From NCBI GenBank assembly GCA_001599295.1, contig BCGN01000006.1, positions 620,001 through 684,000 on the forward strand: DNA of 64,000 nt. Direction: 5' to 3'. Positions 12,976-27,781 of the stretch are shown one piece after another. Every line of letters begins with the position of its first letter. Within the stretch, counting starts at the first letter, position 1. The stretch comes from Sporopachydermia quercuum (lineage: Eukaryota). The translations under genes were made by a program, and so were the position numbers. The notes below the pieces were generated by a model that was given only the letters and a program-made list of their open reading frames with translations, was not told the origin of the DNA and made no database searches.

Positions 12976-15900
12976 TCAACTAGTATCACTAGACTCGTCT
13001 TCCAAGGACTCGTCGATAAACTCAATGACTTCCGAGAATCTTTCATTGATATTATTATCAAGACCTTCAGAGTCGCACCGCAAAACTCGGCCGAATTTTC
13101 GTCTTGGTCGTTTCATATCACCACTGCTTGTAGCCGAATCATTATCACCCCAACAAGGATGCCTGCTACCAGTGAAAATTAAAGAGTTGCGGTAAAACCA
13201 GTCGGTTACATATTCATCAATAAGAGGAACCACAGGCTTTAAAGGTGATTTCCCTATGAAAGAAATAACTGCTCTACTCACGTCTCTTAACTCACGATGA
13301 CCAATTAAATGAACAATACCTCCATACGCTTCACCAATTCCAATGAAAATGATCTTATTGATGGGATAATACTGCAGATAATTGTCCCAAACATAAATAA
13401 GTATTTCTTGCGCCGAGATACTTGGATTATATCCATCCTCTTCGGGTCCAGTTAAAGCTGACGGTATGTTAATGTCCATATAACCAAATTGGTGTTTCCT
13501 GGCCCAATTTATGAATCGTAAGGAAGGATCAACCGTAAGTGCAGTAGATGTATCAAGCAAACCAGTAACAACGTCTGGACGAGCCCATATTTCACAAGGG
13601 TCATGCGTCATAACTACAAGTGTTTGAGCTTCAAATAAGCCAGGAGAAATAAGTATTTGATCTTCATAACTTGGTGATGTTCCTTCCCTAACAAGAGGTA
13701 GAGGTACCAAATTGTAATCTGTTTGGAGAATATGACTTTGGTATGTTCTCATAGCATCTTGTACTCTAACTGAACTCTCACTCAATACTTCATGACTGTC
13801 CTCGTAATGGGCTTCCAAACCAAAGTAGTTGGGTCTCATACACTTCCAATAAGGTGCTTGACATCTGATAACTTCTTCAATAGTTTCCACAGCTTCAGGT
13901 TTGGGAATCGGTTGCTTGATTTCCAGAGGTGCTTCTCCAATTAATACTCTTGTTACACTCAAAGCACTATTAGCAATGGAGTCCAAATTATATCCTCCTT
14001 CTAGCACAACACATAGATTACCATCGGCAAGACTCTTCATCATATGTGTCATTTGACCATAGCACTCTGGTGTTACATGACATGCTCCTAGTACATCACC
14101 ATCAGCAGCATCAAATCCTGAAGAGATGAAAACAAAGTCAGGTGAAAACTCTCGACAAATCGGCATGATTGTCTTCTGGAAAGCGTAAANATACTCAGCA
14201 TCTCCCATTCCCGGGCAAGGCCAGGGGATGTTAACAGAATACCCTTTCCCTTTGCCATCGCCCACTTTATCAGGACCACCAAAAGTAGTACCTGGATAGA
14301 ATTTCCCGCCTTCATAACGATGAAGTGAAATGTACAAAACTCTGGGATCATCATAGAAACATTTCTGAGTGCCATTACCATGATGGATATCCCAATCTAA
14401 TATGACGATTCGTCTTACGGATTCAGGGAAGTTTTTCAGCAGATAGCTTGCACCTACGGCTACATTAGAGAACAGACAGAATCCTCCAGGAGCGTCTGGT
14501 TCTGCATGATGTCCAGGAGGTCTTACCACGGCTATAGAGTTTTTAACCCTTCCTTCTACAACTGCTTTTGCTGCTTCTATGGTCCCTCCACAAGAAAGCT
14601 TTGCAGCTAGAAAGGATTCATGGTTATAATAGACGGAATCACCCTTTTCTGTTTCTTCCAGTAACCGTTGTTTTGACATAGTGGTAGTGGAGGCTATGAA
14701 GTTCAAATGTTCCTCTGAGTGAACAAGTAAGATTTCTTCTTTTGTTGCTTCTCTAACAGGGATTTTTTGCATTAGATCACCAATATCGTCTCTTCCAATG
14801 AGACATGGATCGTTGAGAAGCCCTGCTTCGGCCAAAATTTTATATATTCGATAAATACGTCTAGGATCTTCTGGATGCGGATCAATGTATTCAAAGTACG
14901 AAGTGACAATCTTTGCATGATACCGCATTCGGACATCGTAACATATACCTGTTTTTAATGGAACATATTGTAGTTTTGGAGGTCTTTCCGGAACGATGAT
15001 GGGTCGTTCTTTGACTACCACATGCCCAATTTGAACTTTGTTATCAACAGAACTACTCATTTCCACGTCCACAACGGAAGGTTTGACATCATTTGAAACA
15101 ATTTCATTAGCTAAGAATTCTGCTGAGTTGTTTATACCATTTGATTGGACAACTGGTGAGTCTGATCTCTTTCTCTTCCCAGGGTTTTCTGTGGTGGTGA
15201 TATCAACTGGCTTGACGAATATTTCTTCGCGTTGATCTGCGGACTGTGATTCTTGAACATTGTCACTGGAAATAATTGCTGGTGTATATTCGGTTGCTGT
15301 GATAATGGAATTTGTATTATCCTTGATGATGTCGGTTGATGTGTCTAGTTCATTATTTGGCACGAGTTCAGACCCAACGGGAACCTCAATGGTTTCTGTC
15401 TCAATTTTCACTGCTTCCTGTTCGACTGATTTTAGAGGTTCCTGTTTCACCGTTTGTTCAGGTTTGTTGATATGATCAGATTTTCCATCAAGCTGACTAG
15501 CACTTAGAGAATCAGTTTCTACAGCTTCGACAGCCTCAGCAATGGGTATCACAGGCTCAGTTGGTGCTTCTGATGATTCAGACGCAGGATCTACAGCATT
15601 CCCTTCAACAGAGTCAGTGATATCAACTGTAGACTCCAAATCAGTGCCGGATATCTCATTCGCTTGTTTCAGAGGGAGAGAACTTTGATCATTATGTGTC
15701 TCATTGACCTGCTTCTCTCCTAAAATATCACCCTCGGCATATTGTTCTGGTACTACAATGATCGTTCCAGAATCTACAGCAACATCTTTCATCTCAATAT
15801 CTAGATCAATTTCTAAAGAAGGGACTTGATCAATGGACGACTCCGTTGATGAATGCTCAGCGTTTGTTCCATTCTCTTCTCTATTAGACATAGCAGAATC

Positions 15901-16275
15901 CTCTGTTGAGTCAACCGCTATTGCCTCTAAANATGCGACAGGTCTTAGAGCACCATTAGAATCAGATGCTTTCGCTAAAGAGGAGTCATTAACATACGTT
16001 TTCTCATATGTTGTAGTAGAACTCACTACAGGGTAATCTAATCCATCTGTAGGGTTGGCTCCAACTCTTTCAGAGTTAATCTCATCACTTCTGCTGGTTT
16101 TCTCGCTTTCAGCACTATTTTCAACAGACACATCAACTACATCAATAGGAAGCTTGCCATCAGCACCGAAAACCTCATCAATAACTTCATTTAACTCCTT
16201 TTGTTTCCCTGCCTCGCTATCACCATTACTCCCACTTGCCCCACCATTACTAACATCAATCACATTGTCCGACAT
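12976..16275 (-). CDS. HDA1: Class II histone deacetylase with Arb2 domain and long acidic N-terminus
   Basis: HPEDPRRI, RPPGHHAE, DWDIHHGNGTQ, SSGFDAADGD, LEGGYN, plus C-terminal Arb2-like region. Confidence 0.95.
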   Translation of the reverse strand: MSDNVIDVSNGGASGSNGDSEAGKQKELNEVIDEVFGADGKLPIDVVDVSVENSAESEKTSRSDEINSERVGANPTDGLDYPVVSSTTTYEKTYVNDSSLAKASDSNGALRPVAXLEAIAVDSTEDSAMSNREENGTNAEHSSTESSIDQVPSLEIDLDIEMKDVAVDSGTIIVVPEQYAEGDILGEKQVNETHNDQSSLPLKQANEISGTDLESTVDITDSVEGNAVDPASESSEAPTEPVIPIAEAVEAVETDSLSASQLDGKSDHINKPEQTVKQEPLKSVEQEAVKIETETIEVPVGSELVPNNELDTSTDIIKDNTNSIITATEYTPAIISSDNVQESQSADQREEIFVKPVDITTTENPGKRKRSDSPVVQSNGINNSAEFLANEIVSNDVKPSVVDVEMSSSVDNKVQIGHVVVKERPIIVPERPPKLQYVPLKTGICYDVRMRYHAKIVTSYFEYIDPHPEDPRRIYRIYKILAEAGLLNDPCLIGRDDIGDLMQKIPVREATKEEILLVHSEEHLNFIASTTTMSKQRLLEETEKGDSVYYNHESFLAAKLSCGGTIEAAKAVVEGRVKNSIAVVRPPGHHAEPDAPGGFCLFSNVAVGASYLLKNFPESVRRIVILDWDIHHGNGTQKCFYDDPRVLYISLHRYEGGKFYPGTTFGGPDKVGDGKGKGYSVNIPWPCPGMGDAEYXYAFQKTIMPICREFSPDFVFISSGFDAADGDVLGACHVTPECYGQMTHMMKSLADGNLCVVLEGGYNLDSIANSALSVTRVLIGEAPLEIKQPIPKPEAVETIEEVIRCQAPYWKCMRPNYFGLEAHYEDSHEVLSESSVRVQDAMRTYQSHILQTDYNLVPLPLVREGTSPSYEDQILISPGLFEAQTLVVMTHDPCEIWARPDVVTGLLDTSTALTVDPSLRFINWARKHQFGYMDINIPSALTGPEEDGYNPSISAQEILIYVWDNYLQYYPINKIIFIGIGEAYGGIVHLIGHRELRDVSRAVISFIGKSPLKPVVPLIDEYVTDWFYRNSLIFTGSRHPCWGDNDSATSSGDMKRPRRKFGRVLRCDSEGLDNNINERFSEVIEFIDESLEDESSDTS

Positions 16276-18971
16276 TCTGAAGACTCTTATGCCACCTTTT
16301 CCACTATTTTCATATCACGTAATCTGATAATCTAACTCTTCGCTATGTGACAGAAACTCTTACAGTAGAAAAGGGACCTAGTTTCAAGGTACAATCCAAG
16401 CCAGCTTAATCACAAATTCGCACTAATAATATACAAACAGAAAGTAACGATAACAATCAAATCAATTCAACAACGCAGCCATCCAAAATCTATTGATTAT
16501 CAACCAATCAATCAACAACACAGACCACTTCTGCTTCAAACACGTCTACAAGACTTTTTCAACTACCGCAAAAACTGGGAAGTTTCGTTATCTTACCAGC
16601 GGTGAAATTGGTAAGACACTCAGTAGCTAGTGACACTCTATTCGTTGGTCACAGTCTTTACTCTGCTATATCGATTCTAACAGTAATCCCCACCAACTAC
16701 TAAGAACTTTAATTATCCAGCGTTAATATAAAACAGCTCTTTTTGCTTTGATTCATCTATTTGAATCACAATTGGTTGTGTTTACTCATCTCATTCTTGC
16801 TACAACAACAAGTGAAGAGAAAGAAAAGCGAAATGTGAAGAGAAAGCTGAAAAAGTAACAACGAAAGTTTAATGGGGTTTCCTATTCAGGATAGTAAGAA
16901 AAGTTTATTTCAGACTCTGAGAAGCTGACTAGAGAGATAAGTTGAGGTGAAGATAATAAGGATATGGGCCCTGTATTGATAAAGATGATACTTAAGACTA
17001 CCGCTTAATTTTCTAACGATATCTAGATTCATTGACTGAACGTTGATGTACTTGGATTTCGAATTGATTGTACATAATGATAGTTGGAATGATTTGAACT
17101 GCTATAAGGCGAAGGGAATTAGAGTTTGGTTGAAGAAATGAGTAGTGGAGCGAAGGATTTGATTCTAGCAATGGAGGAGTCGTTTGTCTGAGTGCAAATG
17201 CATCTATTGTTTTAAGACAAGTGGGTATTTGTCTATAATGAAAGTATAATACATATTTGTACTAGATGCTATTGTTGGATCGTTTTTATTGAATTAACCA
17301 ACAATTTCCTATATACTGATAGAAGGTAATACATANCTTCACCCATTTTTGTCATATGCAACTCCCGCATAAAATACCATAATCTTAATTTAAACTTTTG
17401 CTGATGATTTTCGAATGTCGTTTCAAGAGTTCTACACGAAGTATTTTACTATCATCTGAGTTTCCAAACAACTTCCAGTCAAAATTTTCAAAGTTTTACT
17501 ATACCTATTATTTGGGAGGTAGTTTATACTTTTGTTCATCTAAGTTATTCAGATTTCTCAGTATCGTAGTTAACTTTTTTGATGGAAATTGGCTTTACCA
17601 ACTTGATAACCTAATATGGTAAACATGCATAGAGATGCATGAAGCACCGTTGTGCTTTAGAAGCTAGCCAAATGGATGTGTAATTGCCGGCTCTAATGCA
17701 GTTCGGCAAGATCAGATGACTTAACAATTATTCAAATAAATATAACTATTTGAAAAGTGGTGATTGAATTGATAATCAAGTTCTGGATGGGTGGGTTTGT
17801 GTAGTCACTAAAAAAATATCCCAGAAGAAGGAAGAGTATTTCCGACTGAGTTACCGAGGGGCTTTCTACGAGGCTTTCTACTGGAGGAAGGCATTCTTCC
17901 TTTTAGACGGAAACAGAAGAAACCACGATTATTGGAGTACAATTCAAAGTTCTCAACATGTGACTAACGAAAAGTTCACTAGGAGAAGATTCTCTTTGCC
18001 TTCTTCTTTTTTTTTGTCACCATGATTTCTTTGGTAGAGCACTTGGAGGAGCTTTCGAGTGAGATGATCTTTGAGTCTTCAGACAAACCGTAAGTTTACA
18101 ATAATTGAGCAGCACACTTTTATTTATCTATTTGCTTACTCTTCTAAACATTTAGTTATTCTAAAGGAGGTGCACATCGAACCATCATTTCAACAGGTTT
18201 CCTCAGATGAACATTTGCGTACATATATTGTTTTTCGATGCTGTACCATAAGTTATAAAGACTATAATAATCCTTCAATTGCATCTAGAAACGTTCATTG
18301 TTAGAAGGAAGCTAAATAATCTTTTATAATAATATTCTGACTAAACTTAAANTTTGGGATAACAACTGTCAATTTATTTCATCAACAACTCTTTCGAAAC
18401 AAATTTGCATGAATATATAATAGACAAGTCTTATACTCCCCTTCATTCCTTTAATCGTCACCTGATCCCGTGTACTGTAGTATGAGTCTGAACTTTATTT
18501 TGTAAGGTTGAACCTAAATCGTGCACTCCTTTGCGGTATCCTGAACAGCATCATATATTCATCTCAAGTATTTTATTGTCTTTATGGATCCTTTCAGTAT
18601 GTGTATTAACCAATATATATATATTTTCTTCTAACAAAGTTGAAATAAGTAAGGTGCTATATAAATCTTTGTCAGATTGCGTTGTTTATATATTAGAGCT
18701 TAATATTCATTCTCTTCTTGAGTTATACTAATCTTTTTCAACTATACCGTTGATTGGCGATTACCTAATCATTTAGCGTGGCACTTGTAGCTCTCACAGC
18801 ATCCCTCACACTTACACAAGCTACCATGAATCACGAAATATTACTAGTGATTATTACTTTATAGATTAATACAGAGACTTAGATTATCTTCCTAATCCTT
18901 TCAGACTTGCTGCTGGTATTCCAATAACCAGACATGCAAGTCTCCACTTTAGCTCTCAGACTGTTAATTGT

Positions 18972-19041
18972 CTCATCAATTATTATCGCTTGACTTCGCG
19001 TCTCCTTGCAAGCTGAAAAATTTCCCTAAGCATGAAAAATT
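18972..19041 (+). promoter_or_regulatory. RRPE (TGAAAAATTT 19014-19023, TGAAAAATT 19033-19041) and PAC-core (CTCATC 18972-18977) ribosome-biogenesis elements
   Basis: Consensus matches 230-300 bp upstream of an rRNA methyltransferase gene. Confidence 0.55.
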
Positions 19042-19268
19042 CCAAAAAAATTATTACTATGGGAAACTTCATTTATATCTTGCTTTAAATCTTTATTTGT
19101 TCTATTTACTTCTCCATATATTAATAAAACCGTCACCAAAAAAACATGATTTTCTCACTATTGCCTTATTCATTAAAGATTTAAATACCTTCTTGATGCT
19201 AGGTTTTCACAGTTCACACTAAGCATTCCTTTTGTTAACTATCTATCTACTCACAGTGTCTTTTCATA

Positions 19269-20699
19269 ATGCAAGCATACTACGACGCTTCACAGTTCTT
19301 GAAAGCTGATCCCAAAGGTGGATCATTGAATTCAAGAATATTTTCAAAGAAACTGAAAACGCCACCAAAGCAAATTTTTGCATTAGTACATTCAACATTA
19401 AAATATAAACCATACATTCTAAAGATCATCAAAAGAGCAAATCTTCTATCAGTGGAAAGGAAACTAGCAAAGGATATCAATCTGACCATCCTATTAGTTC
19501 ATGACTTACTTTTCACCAAATCTCGTAGAATAAGATCATCAAAACATCCTATAAAAGATGCTATATTGAAAAATAAAAACCGCTTGAATGCCGAGCTTGT
19601 TAAGATGAAACTAGAGATGAAGGTAACTGATGTCTCTCAACTTGTTACCGCCGAGAAGAAACCACCAGTGAGATGGATCAGATTAAACACTTTGAAATCC
19701 AATAATTTACAAGAAGCAATTGCATCAGATATAGAATTAAGAAAATTAGAAACTGTAAGTTCTTGGCAGGAAGTGGCTAAGAATACCAAAGGAATTTATT
19801 TCGATGATTATATTCCAAATGTTTTCTGTGTACATCCTTCACATCCTATCACNAAGTCAGAGTTATACACTACGGGGTCCATTATACTACAGGACCGTGC
19901 TAGTTGCTTCCCTGCTCATATTCTATCCCCTTCAGCTGAAGATTATGTTATTGATGCTTGTGCAGCACCTGGGAACAAGACAACTCATCTAGCGTCATAC
20001 ATCAGAAGTGGTGAGAGCGGCAAAGATACTACACCTCAGATTTATGCTTTTGAAAAGGACAAAGCAAGAGCGAAACTACTACAGACAATGATTGATAGAG
20101 CAGGAGCTTCAAAGATTATTTCTGTCAAAAATAAAGATTTCACATTAAGCCAATACGATGCTGAATATGATCATGTAACAGGTTTAATTCTTGATCCATC
20201 TTGTTCAGGCTCCGGTATCTACGGTAGAGAAGTTGAAGATCAAGACAGAAATGATTCTACCAATNGCAATAGAAGTGTTAATAATAATAAGGAAGAATTC
20301 TCTGCCGAGTCTTCAAACGACAAACATCAAATAAGAATAATCAAATTATCTCAATTCCAATCCAGTATCGTTTTATATGCTTTGACCGAATTTCCCAATG
20401 CTGAAAAAGTAGTTTATTCTACTTGTTCTCATAATGGAGAAGAGAATGAAAAAGTGGTAGCTAAAATACTTGCACAAGAATCTGTGAAAGAGAATGGCTG
20501 GTGTTTAGCGAAAAGNGCTGCTGTTGTTCCTGCATGGTCAAGACGAGGGCAATCTAAATGGTTTGTTGAAGAAGGATTCACAGAACAGGAGGCTGAAGGC
20601 TTAGCTGATAGCTGTGTTAGATTTACTAAAGAAATAGATGGAGGTATTGGGTTTTTCGCGGCTTGTTTCGAGAGAAAGCCATGGTCAGGATTTGATTAG
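19269..20699 (+). CDS. RCM1: 25S rRNA cytosine-C5 methyltransferase (NSUN5 family)
   Basis: [42 protein letters not shown] motifs. Confidence 0.93.
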   Translation: MQAYYDASQFLKADPKGGSLNSRIFSKKLKTPPKQIFALVHSTLKYKPYILKIIKRANLLSVERKLAKDINLTILLVHDLLFTKSRRIRSSKHPIKDAILKNKNRLNAELVKMKLEMKVTDVSQLVTAEKKPPVRWIRLNTLKSNNLQEAIASDIELRKLETVSSWQEVAKNTKGIYFDDYIPNVFCVHPSHPIXKSELYTTGSIILQDRASCFPAHILSPSAEDYVIDACAAPGNKTTHLASYIRSGESGKDTTPQIYAFEKDKARAKLLQTMIDRAGASKIISVKNKDFTLSQYDAEYDHVTGLILDPSCSGSGIYGREVEDQDRNDSTNXNRSVNNNKEEFSAESSNDKHQIRIIKLSQFQSSIVLYALTEFPNAEKVVYSTCSHNGEENEKVVAKILAQESVKENGWCLAKXAAVVPAWSRRGQSKWFVEEGFTEQEAEGLADSCVRFTKEIDGGIGFFAACFERKPWSGFD

Positions 20700-20947
20700 G
20701 AATGGATAGGTTAGAATAGAATACGAATAAGAGATTCGGAATTAATTTGATAATACGATACTACTATTTAACGTGTTTAATCAAATATCATTATCAACAC
20801 TACTAGTATGTTAGCTCTACTGCTAATAACATTTTATGAACTCAATGATTACATAATACCAAAAGACCGCTTATGAGACCATCATTGCTGATGATGATCG
20901 CAATCCTAGTTAGTAATCATACCTAATATATCTAACTATCACTGTTC

Positions 20948-23194
<2,247 letters not shown>

Positions 23195-24056
23195 TTTGAA
23201 TGAATATTATAGTAATTGAGCACAGCTAAAATGAACAATTATGAGTGAATACCCTATCTGATCAAATATTTCTAACAAGTACAGTAAAACTAAGCTTCCT
23301 GCTTAATAGACTTATCAATAGTGTCACTGATTATACGTTGAATCTCAGCAATTACAAACCAATGAAAGATTGATGATAGTAGCAAGAAAGAAACGATCAA
23401 AGGGGAAATAGCATAGCAACAATCAATGAAGGAAATCTACTCAACATTTGAGATGTTGCTTTGATTCGGCGACTGAAAAATAAGGGGATTTTCTTCGACG
23501 TGCTTTGTGATGTGGAGAAATTTCGGAAATGATAGTGAAAAGGGGAGAGGCCTGGAGCTTAGGATGTTGTGTGATGAGATGTGAACAGTAAAATGGGGGG
23601 CAGGTGAGAGATTTAGGGGACATAGCAGATGAAATTAATGTATGATTAGGAGTAGTTTATCCTTATAATTGTGCTTATAATATGGCAGAAACTGGTAAGA
23701 ATAGCTTGCTAATAAGTAAAAGATGGCTTAGGGATAATAGCCACTTATTTATTTATTATTTTGTTCTCTCATGTCCAAATTACGGAGTATAAAGACCTGT
23801 TAGTAGGAATTAAGGTTACAGCACCATGCATTCAACCTGCATGAACTAAGCTGATTTCAACCCAAACGATTCATAAAGCGGAAAAATTCTGAAATATGTC
23901 GGAAACTATATCGGATAACTGCCATAGAATAATAGACTTCTATCTACAATACGAATAATCACTGAAAATACTGGAAATAAAGAGAAAGAAAAAAAGAAAA
24001 CTCTATTGGCAGAGTTGGAGCTCATGTCAGGCAATGATATTGGCATAACTATCCAT

Positions 24057-27000
24057 TTAATCTAGTAAATCTTCCCAATTCTCAACCGAGGATGCTTCAT
24101 TTAGGTAAACCTCCAATGTATCATTTTTTGTGTCCGTAGCCGAGACGGGAGCAGCAATGGTTCCTTCAATAGTTGGCTTACCCAAAGGGTTAATCCACTC
24201 ATCTACTCCGTTTCCAACATCGTTTCCGGAATTTGCTGCACCATTTTCTCTGGCTGTTCCAGCTATATCATCTCCGCTCTCGTTTCCGCTTTTATCGCCG
24301 TAATCCGATTTCCGAACATTCAAAACTGCTGATGCATCAGTGTTGATCTTGCACAACACAGCGTCAAATCCTATACTGCGATCGCGGATCTTGTTTCGAA
24401 CTTGTCGCAACATCCGAGACAACTTATCTTCATCTTCCGTAGTAGCTACTATATAGTTCTCTGGATAAACAAGGTATTTGTCTTCGCATAGCCAACTTGA
24501 AAGTAATTTGATTCGGAATGCCGCTGCTATCNGCGATAATGCTGTCAAAATAGTATCGCGAGTTACTCCGAACGCACAGTCTTCCAGCATTATAGCGTTG
24601 AACTCTGCTGGTTCCGGACTAATTCCGGAGGTATCCATAACCTTATTTTTAGTCTTTAGCCGATTATAATACTTTAAACCTTCTTCGAGTGTCATCCCAG
24701 GAATTTCGGCTTGCTGATTATAATATACAAATACATTCCTATAAGGTTCTTTATCCTTGGATTCAACTTTAAGTTTGAAAACCTCGGCCAATAAGTGAAT
24801 GAATTTCCGTTGTGCCGTTCTCATTGGAGGAAAATTAAACACGTTTTTACCAGATTCCTCCCGATTGGAATATATGAATTTCCGAAGCCTTGCTTCAATC
24901 ACCTGGCACCACACTTTCTGCTGCTTGTACATTTCCAGAATCTCTTCACTGTACTCATTCTCGGCTAATCCTGGTTCATTTACTTTTGTCGGATCGAGCT
25001 GTAGAGCCTCAAGCAATCTCCTATTTCGAGCAAGTCTGGCGCATTCTTCGTTGCACTCAATATCGTGAATGTTAGTAGATTTTCCGAGCTTCCTAGATGC
25101 TCCGCATTGCACTGTTTTCCGGATATTCCCGCATGGACAAGCCAGTTCCGCTCGGAACGCGCATGACTGAGATTCTGGACACTGGAATGGCGCATGACAT
25201 TTTTCGGTACATTCATGCCCGCATGATTTCCGCTTCCCACACAAAGAAGTACATTTTACCAAGCATTTTCCTGGCTCGTGGCATGTTTTACTGCATCTAT
25301 GTTGTCCGCAACTCAGTACCTTATTACAGACCTCTCCACAGGACACCCGAGTTACAGAACACGCAACCTTTAGCTTCCGTTTATGGCACATACAGTCCTT
25401 CATGACTAATGTCTGACATGGAGGACAGTACTCATTGTCCAGATGACATTCATGAGGAATAGTCGGATGTCCACATGACAATTCTCGGATACAAGGAAAC
25501 CGGCATCTCGGCATAACTGTCCCACATCGGATGGGCGCTTGGAGCACAGTTTTGCCACAATTGCAGTATTCATCTTCTGAAGACGATTGCAGACATGGCG
25601 GACATGATCCCGAATGACAGATCTCCATACATCTATGCTTTCCGCATTTCAACGGCATATTACATATTCTGTGGCATATATGTGCTGGTTCTATTTCATC
25701 ATTTGGGTCTACTGGTGTTTGTTGCTGTTGAAGAAGATTGTCCAACCTGATTACTCTCGTTTTTGCCAGCTTTCGCTTCTGCTTTTCTCGTTCTTTCGCT
25801 CTAGCCTCGGCTGGGCAACACTTCACTTGACACCTATGCCTTCGACAGTTCAATAAAGTATCATCTTTATGCTGGCATTTAGCCGTGTATCCATCCTGGA
25901 TAAAGGCACATGGAACATCAAATGAAGCATGTTGACAGTCACACTTGACTGGTAGTATTTTATAACATGGTGAACATTCACCATCATGACATTTCCATAC
26001 ACAGTGATGGCCACATTCCAATTGTTTCCCGCAAATTTCCGTGCAAGCTGGAATAGGTTCCTGGCAAGAGTCACGTGGTCTTCCAAGGATCTTGGAGACT
26101 TCTGTTTTACCGCAAAAACAGGTTTTAATCAATTCAGGAGACAATGGGCATTCATGACAGGTTTCCGTTATTTCGTGACACGTCAATTCACAGCTATGAA
26201 TTCCGCAGTCGTACATTTCAGAACATTTGGTACCACAGTCAAACTTCCCTATCCAAGGCTCTGGTCCACGAGAAAGTTTCGGGTGGGTTTCCCCGCATAA
26301 TATTTCTTTATTCCGCGTTTTCCCGCAGTAGCAATCCGCTTGTATGACTTTATGACATGAACCGCATAATCCCCCATGACACTTTTTCTCACATTTATGC
26401 TTCCCGCATGGCATCATCTCTTCACACAGTTTCTCACAATGCCAACCTTCTTTATATGGTGTTATTGAACACGGAAGTGTTTGAACTGATTGGCCACAGG
26501 CACATCTAATAGGTGGTCCCAAGGCAGAACAAACAGCGTGCTTGCCGGGATGACATTCTAACGAGCATCCGTGCACACAGGTTTTTAATGGAGCATTACA
26601 TGTTTGGCCACAGGAATGTGGTGATAGATAGTTAACAGCAGGATGCATGACTTTGCCACACCAGCAACGGTAATCCATCGGGATTTCTGTCTGATCGCTA
26701 TTACAAGCAGGGCACCGCCATATGTGCTGTGACTGTCCTGTAGCTTGTTCATCTTGTTGTACTGTAGACGAGCCTCTAATTGCCCAGTCTCTTACACAAT
26801 CTAAATCGTATACTCTATAGCAATCATTGCAAGACCAAATTTCGGATTCGTGGTCAATTTCTCCGGTACAAATTAAGCATGTGTAGGTTCCTTTTTGTAT
26901 TTCTGAGGATATTCTTTCTGCTAAGGTTTGTAAAGAAGGATGATTAGACTCAGAATCCGAGTCCGAGTCCGAGTTCGAATTTTCTAGTTCGGATAAATCA

Positions 27001-27065
27001 TATTCTGAGAGCTGTGATATGTCCGAATCATCATCACTTCCGGTGTTTGTTTCTAGTTCTATCAT
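24057..27065 (-). CDS. FAP1: NF-X1-type zinc-finger/R3H protein (FKBP12-associated protein)
   Basis: N-terminal RING/PHD-like CLICTGEI...WRCPAC, repeated CGxHxC...CH fingers, R3H motif (FPPM..QRKFIHLLAE). Confidence 0.9.
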   Translation of the reverse strand: MIELETNTGSDDDSDISQLSEYDLSELENSNSDSDSDSESNHPSLQTLAERISSEIQKGTYTCLICTGEIDHESEIWSCNDCYRVYDLDCVRDWAIRGSSTVQQDEQATGQSQHIWRCPACNSDQTEIPMDYRCWCGKVMHPAVNYLSPHSCGQTCNAPLKTCVHGCSLECHPGKHAVCSALGPPIRCACGQSVQTLPCSITPYKEGWHCEKLCEEMMPCGKHKCEKKCHGGLCGSCHKVIQADCYCGKTRNKEILCGETHPKLSRGPEPWIGKFDCGTKCSEMYDCGIHSCELTCHEITETCHECPLSPELIKTCFCGKTEVSKILGRPRDSCQEPIPACTEICGKQLECGHHCVWKCHDGECSPCYKILPVKCDCQHASFDVPCAFIQDGYTAKCQHKDDTLLNCRRHRCQVKCCPAEARAKEREKQKRKLAKTRVIRLDNLLQQQQTPVDPNDEIEPAHICHRICNMPLKCGKHRCMEICHSGSCPPCLQSSSEDEYCNCGKTVLQAPIRCGTVMPRCRFPCIRELSCGHPTIPHECHLDNEYCPPCQTLVMKDCMCHKRKLKVACSVTRVSCGEVCNKVLSCGQHRCSKTCHEPGKCLVKCTSLCGKRKSCGHECTEKCHAPFQCPESQSCAFRAELACPCGNIRKTVQCGASRKLGKSTNIHDIECNEECARLARNRRLLEALQLDPTKVNEPGLAENEYSEEILEMYKQQKVWCQVIEARLRKFIYSNREESGKNVFNFPPMRTAQRKFIHLLAEVFKLKVESKDKEPYRNVFVYYNQQAEIPGMTLEEGLKYYNRLKTKNKVMDTSGISPEPAEFNAIMLEDCAFGVTRDTILTALSXIAAAFRIKLLSSWLCEDKYLVYPENYIVATTEDEDKLSRMLRQVRNKIRDRSIGFDAVLCKINTDASAVLNVRKSDYGDKSGNESGDDIAGTARENGAANSGNDVGNGVDEWINPLGKPTIEGTIAAPVSATDTKNDTLEVYLNEASSVENWEDLLD

Positions 27066-27425
27066 ATTGAGATGTTACTCTATGTCTAGTTGATCTATGC
27101 AATATGTGGTGCTCTTTACGGTTATAGAAGATGCAGAAACCAATGAATAAATGCAAAAAAAAAGTGGTTCTACGCCAATAGTAGAAACTAGCTATTACCA
27201 CAAGAATACTGGAAAATTCCTGCAGTAAATGTGCTAAAATTGTATGTTTTGAAATAGTTTCGCTCTATCAAAAGTAAGATCCAATGGCAACAAGAGGTAA
27301 ATAGGAAATGCCTGTGCAAAGAAAAAAAATGAATATTAAGGTAAAAATATTTCGGATATAATAATGTAAGAAATGATAAAACGGAAACAGAGTAACGGAA
27401 ATAATGTTTTATTTCCTTTTACTCA

Positions 27426-27433
27426 TCACGTGA
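27426..27433. promoter_or_regulatory. Cbf1-type palindrome TCACGTGA in the FAP1/NDUFB3 divergent promoter
   Basis: Exact 8-bp consensus; function inferred only. Confidence 0.4.
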
Positions 27434-27781
27434 ACAGATGATAACTGTAGGGGAATTTGCAAGACTGTCTATCCACAGCTTTTCTTGTTACTTACCATTA
27501 TTAACTGATCATATAATCTAATAATTATTCTTTCTCTTTCTCTGAACCAATAAAACATCGAGAAAAATCACATACAAACTATTTACTTTATCAACATATC
27601 CTAGTATATGATGAGCTGAAAAGATTGTCGATTATCGTTAAATAAACGGGTTGATGCAGATAACTAAGGTTGTAATTTGTATTTATTTGTATTAATATTC
27701 AGGGACGACATAAAATCAGGGTGTCAGGGTTGTACCAGAGGAAACAGGCTATAAACTCATAATCATAAAGAATATATCGCA

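Noticed and set aside
17730..18110. Minus-strand coding-like fragments (MPSSRKPRRKPLGN...)
   Set aside because: Short, interrupted by stops, with no linking splice signals and no recognisable homology.
20845..20895. C/D-like boxes between RCM1 and LYS12
   Set aside because: Degenerate C box, too short, and no rRNA complementarity recognised.
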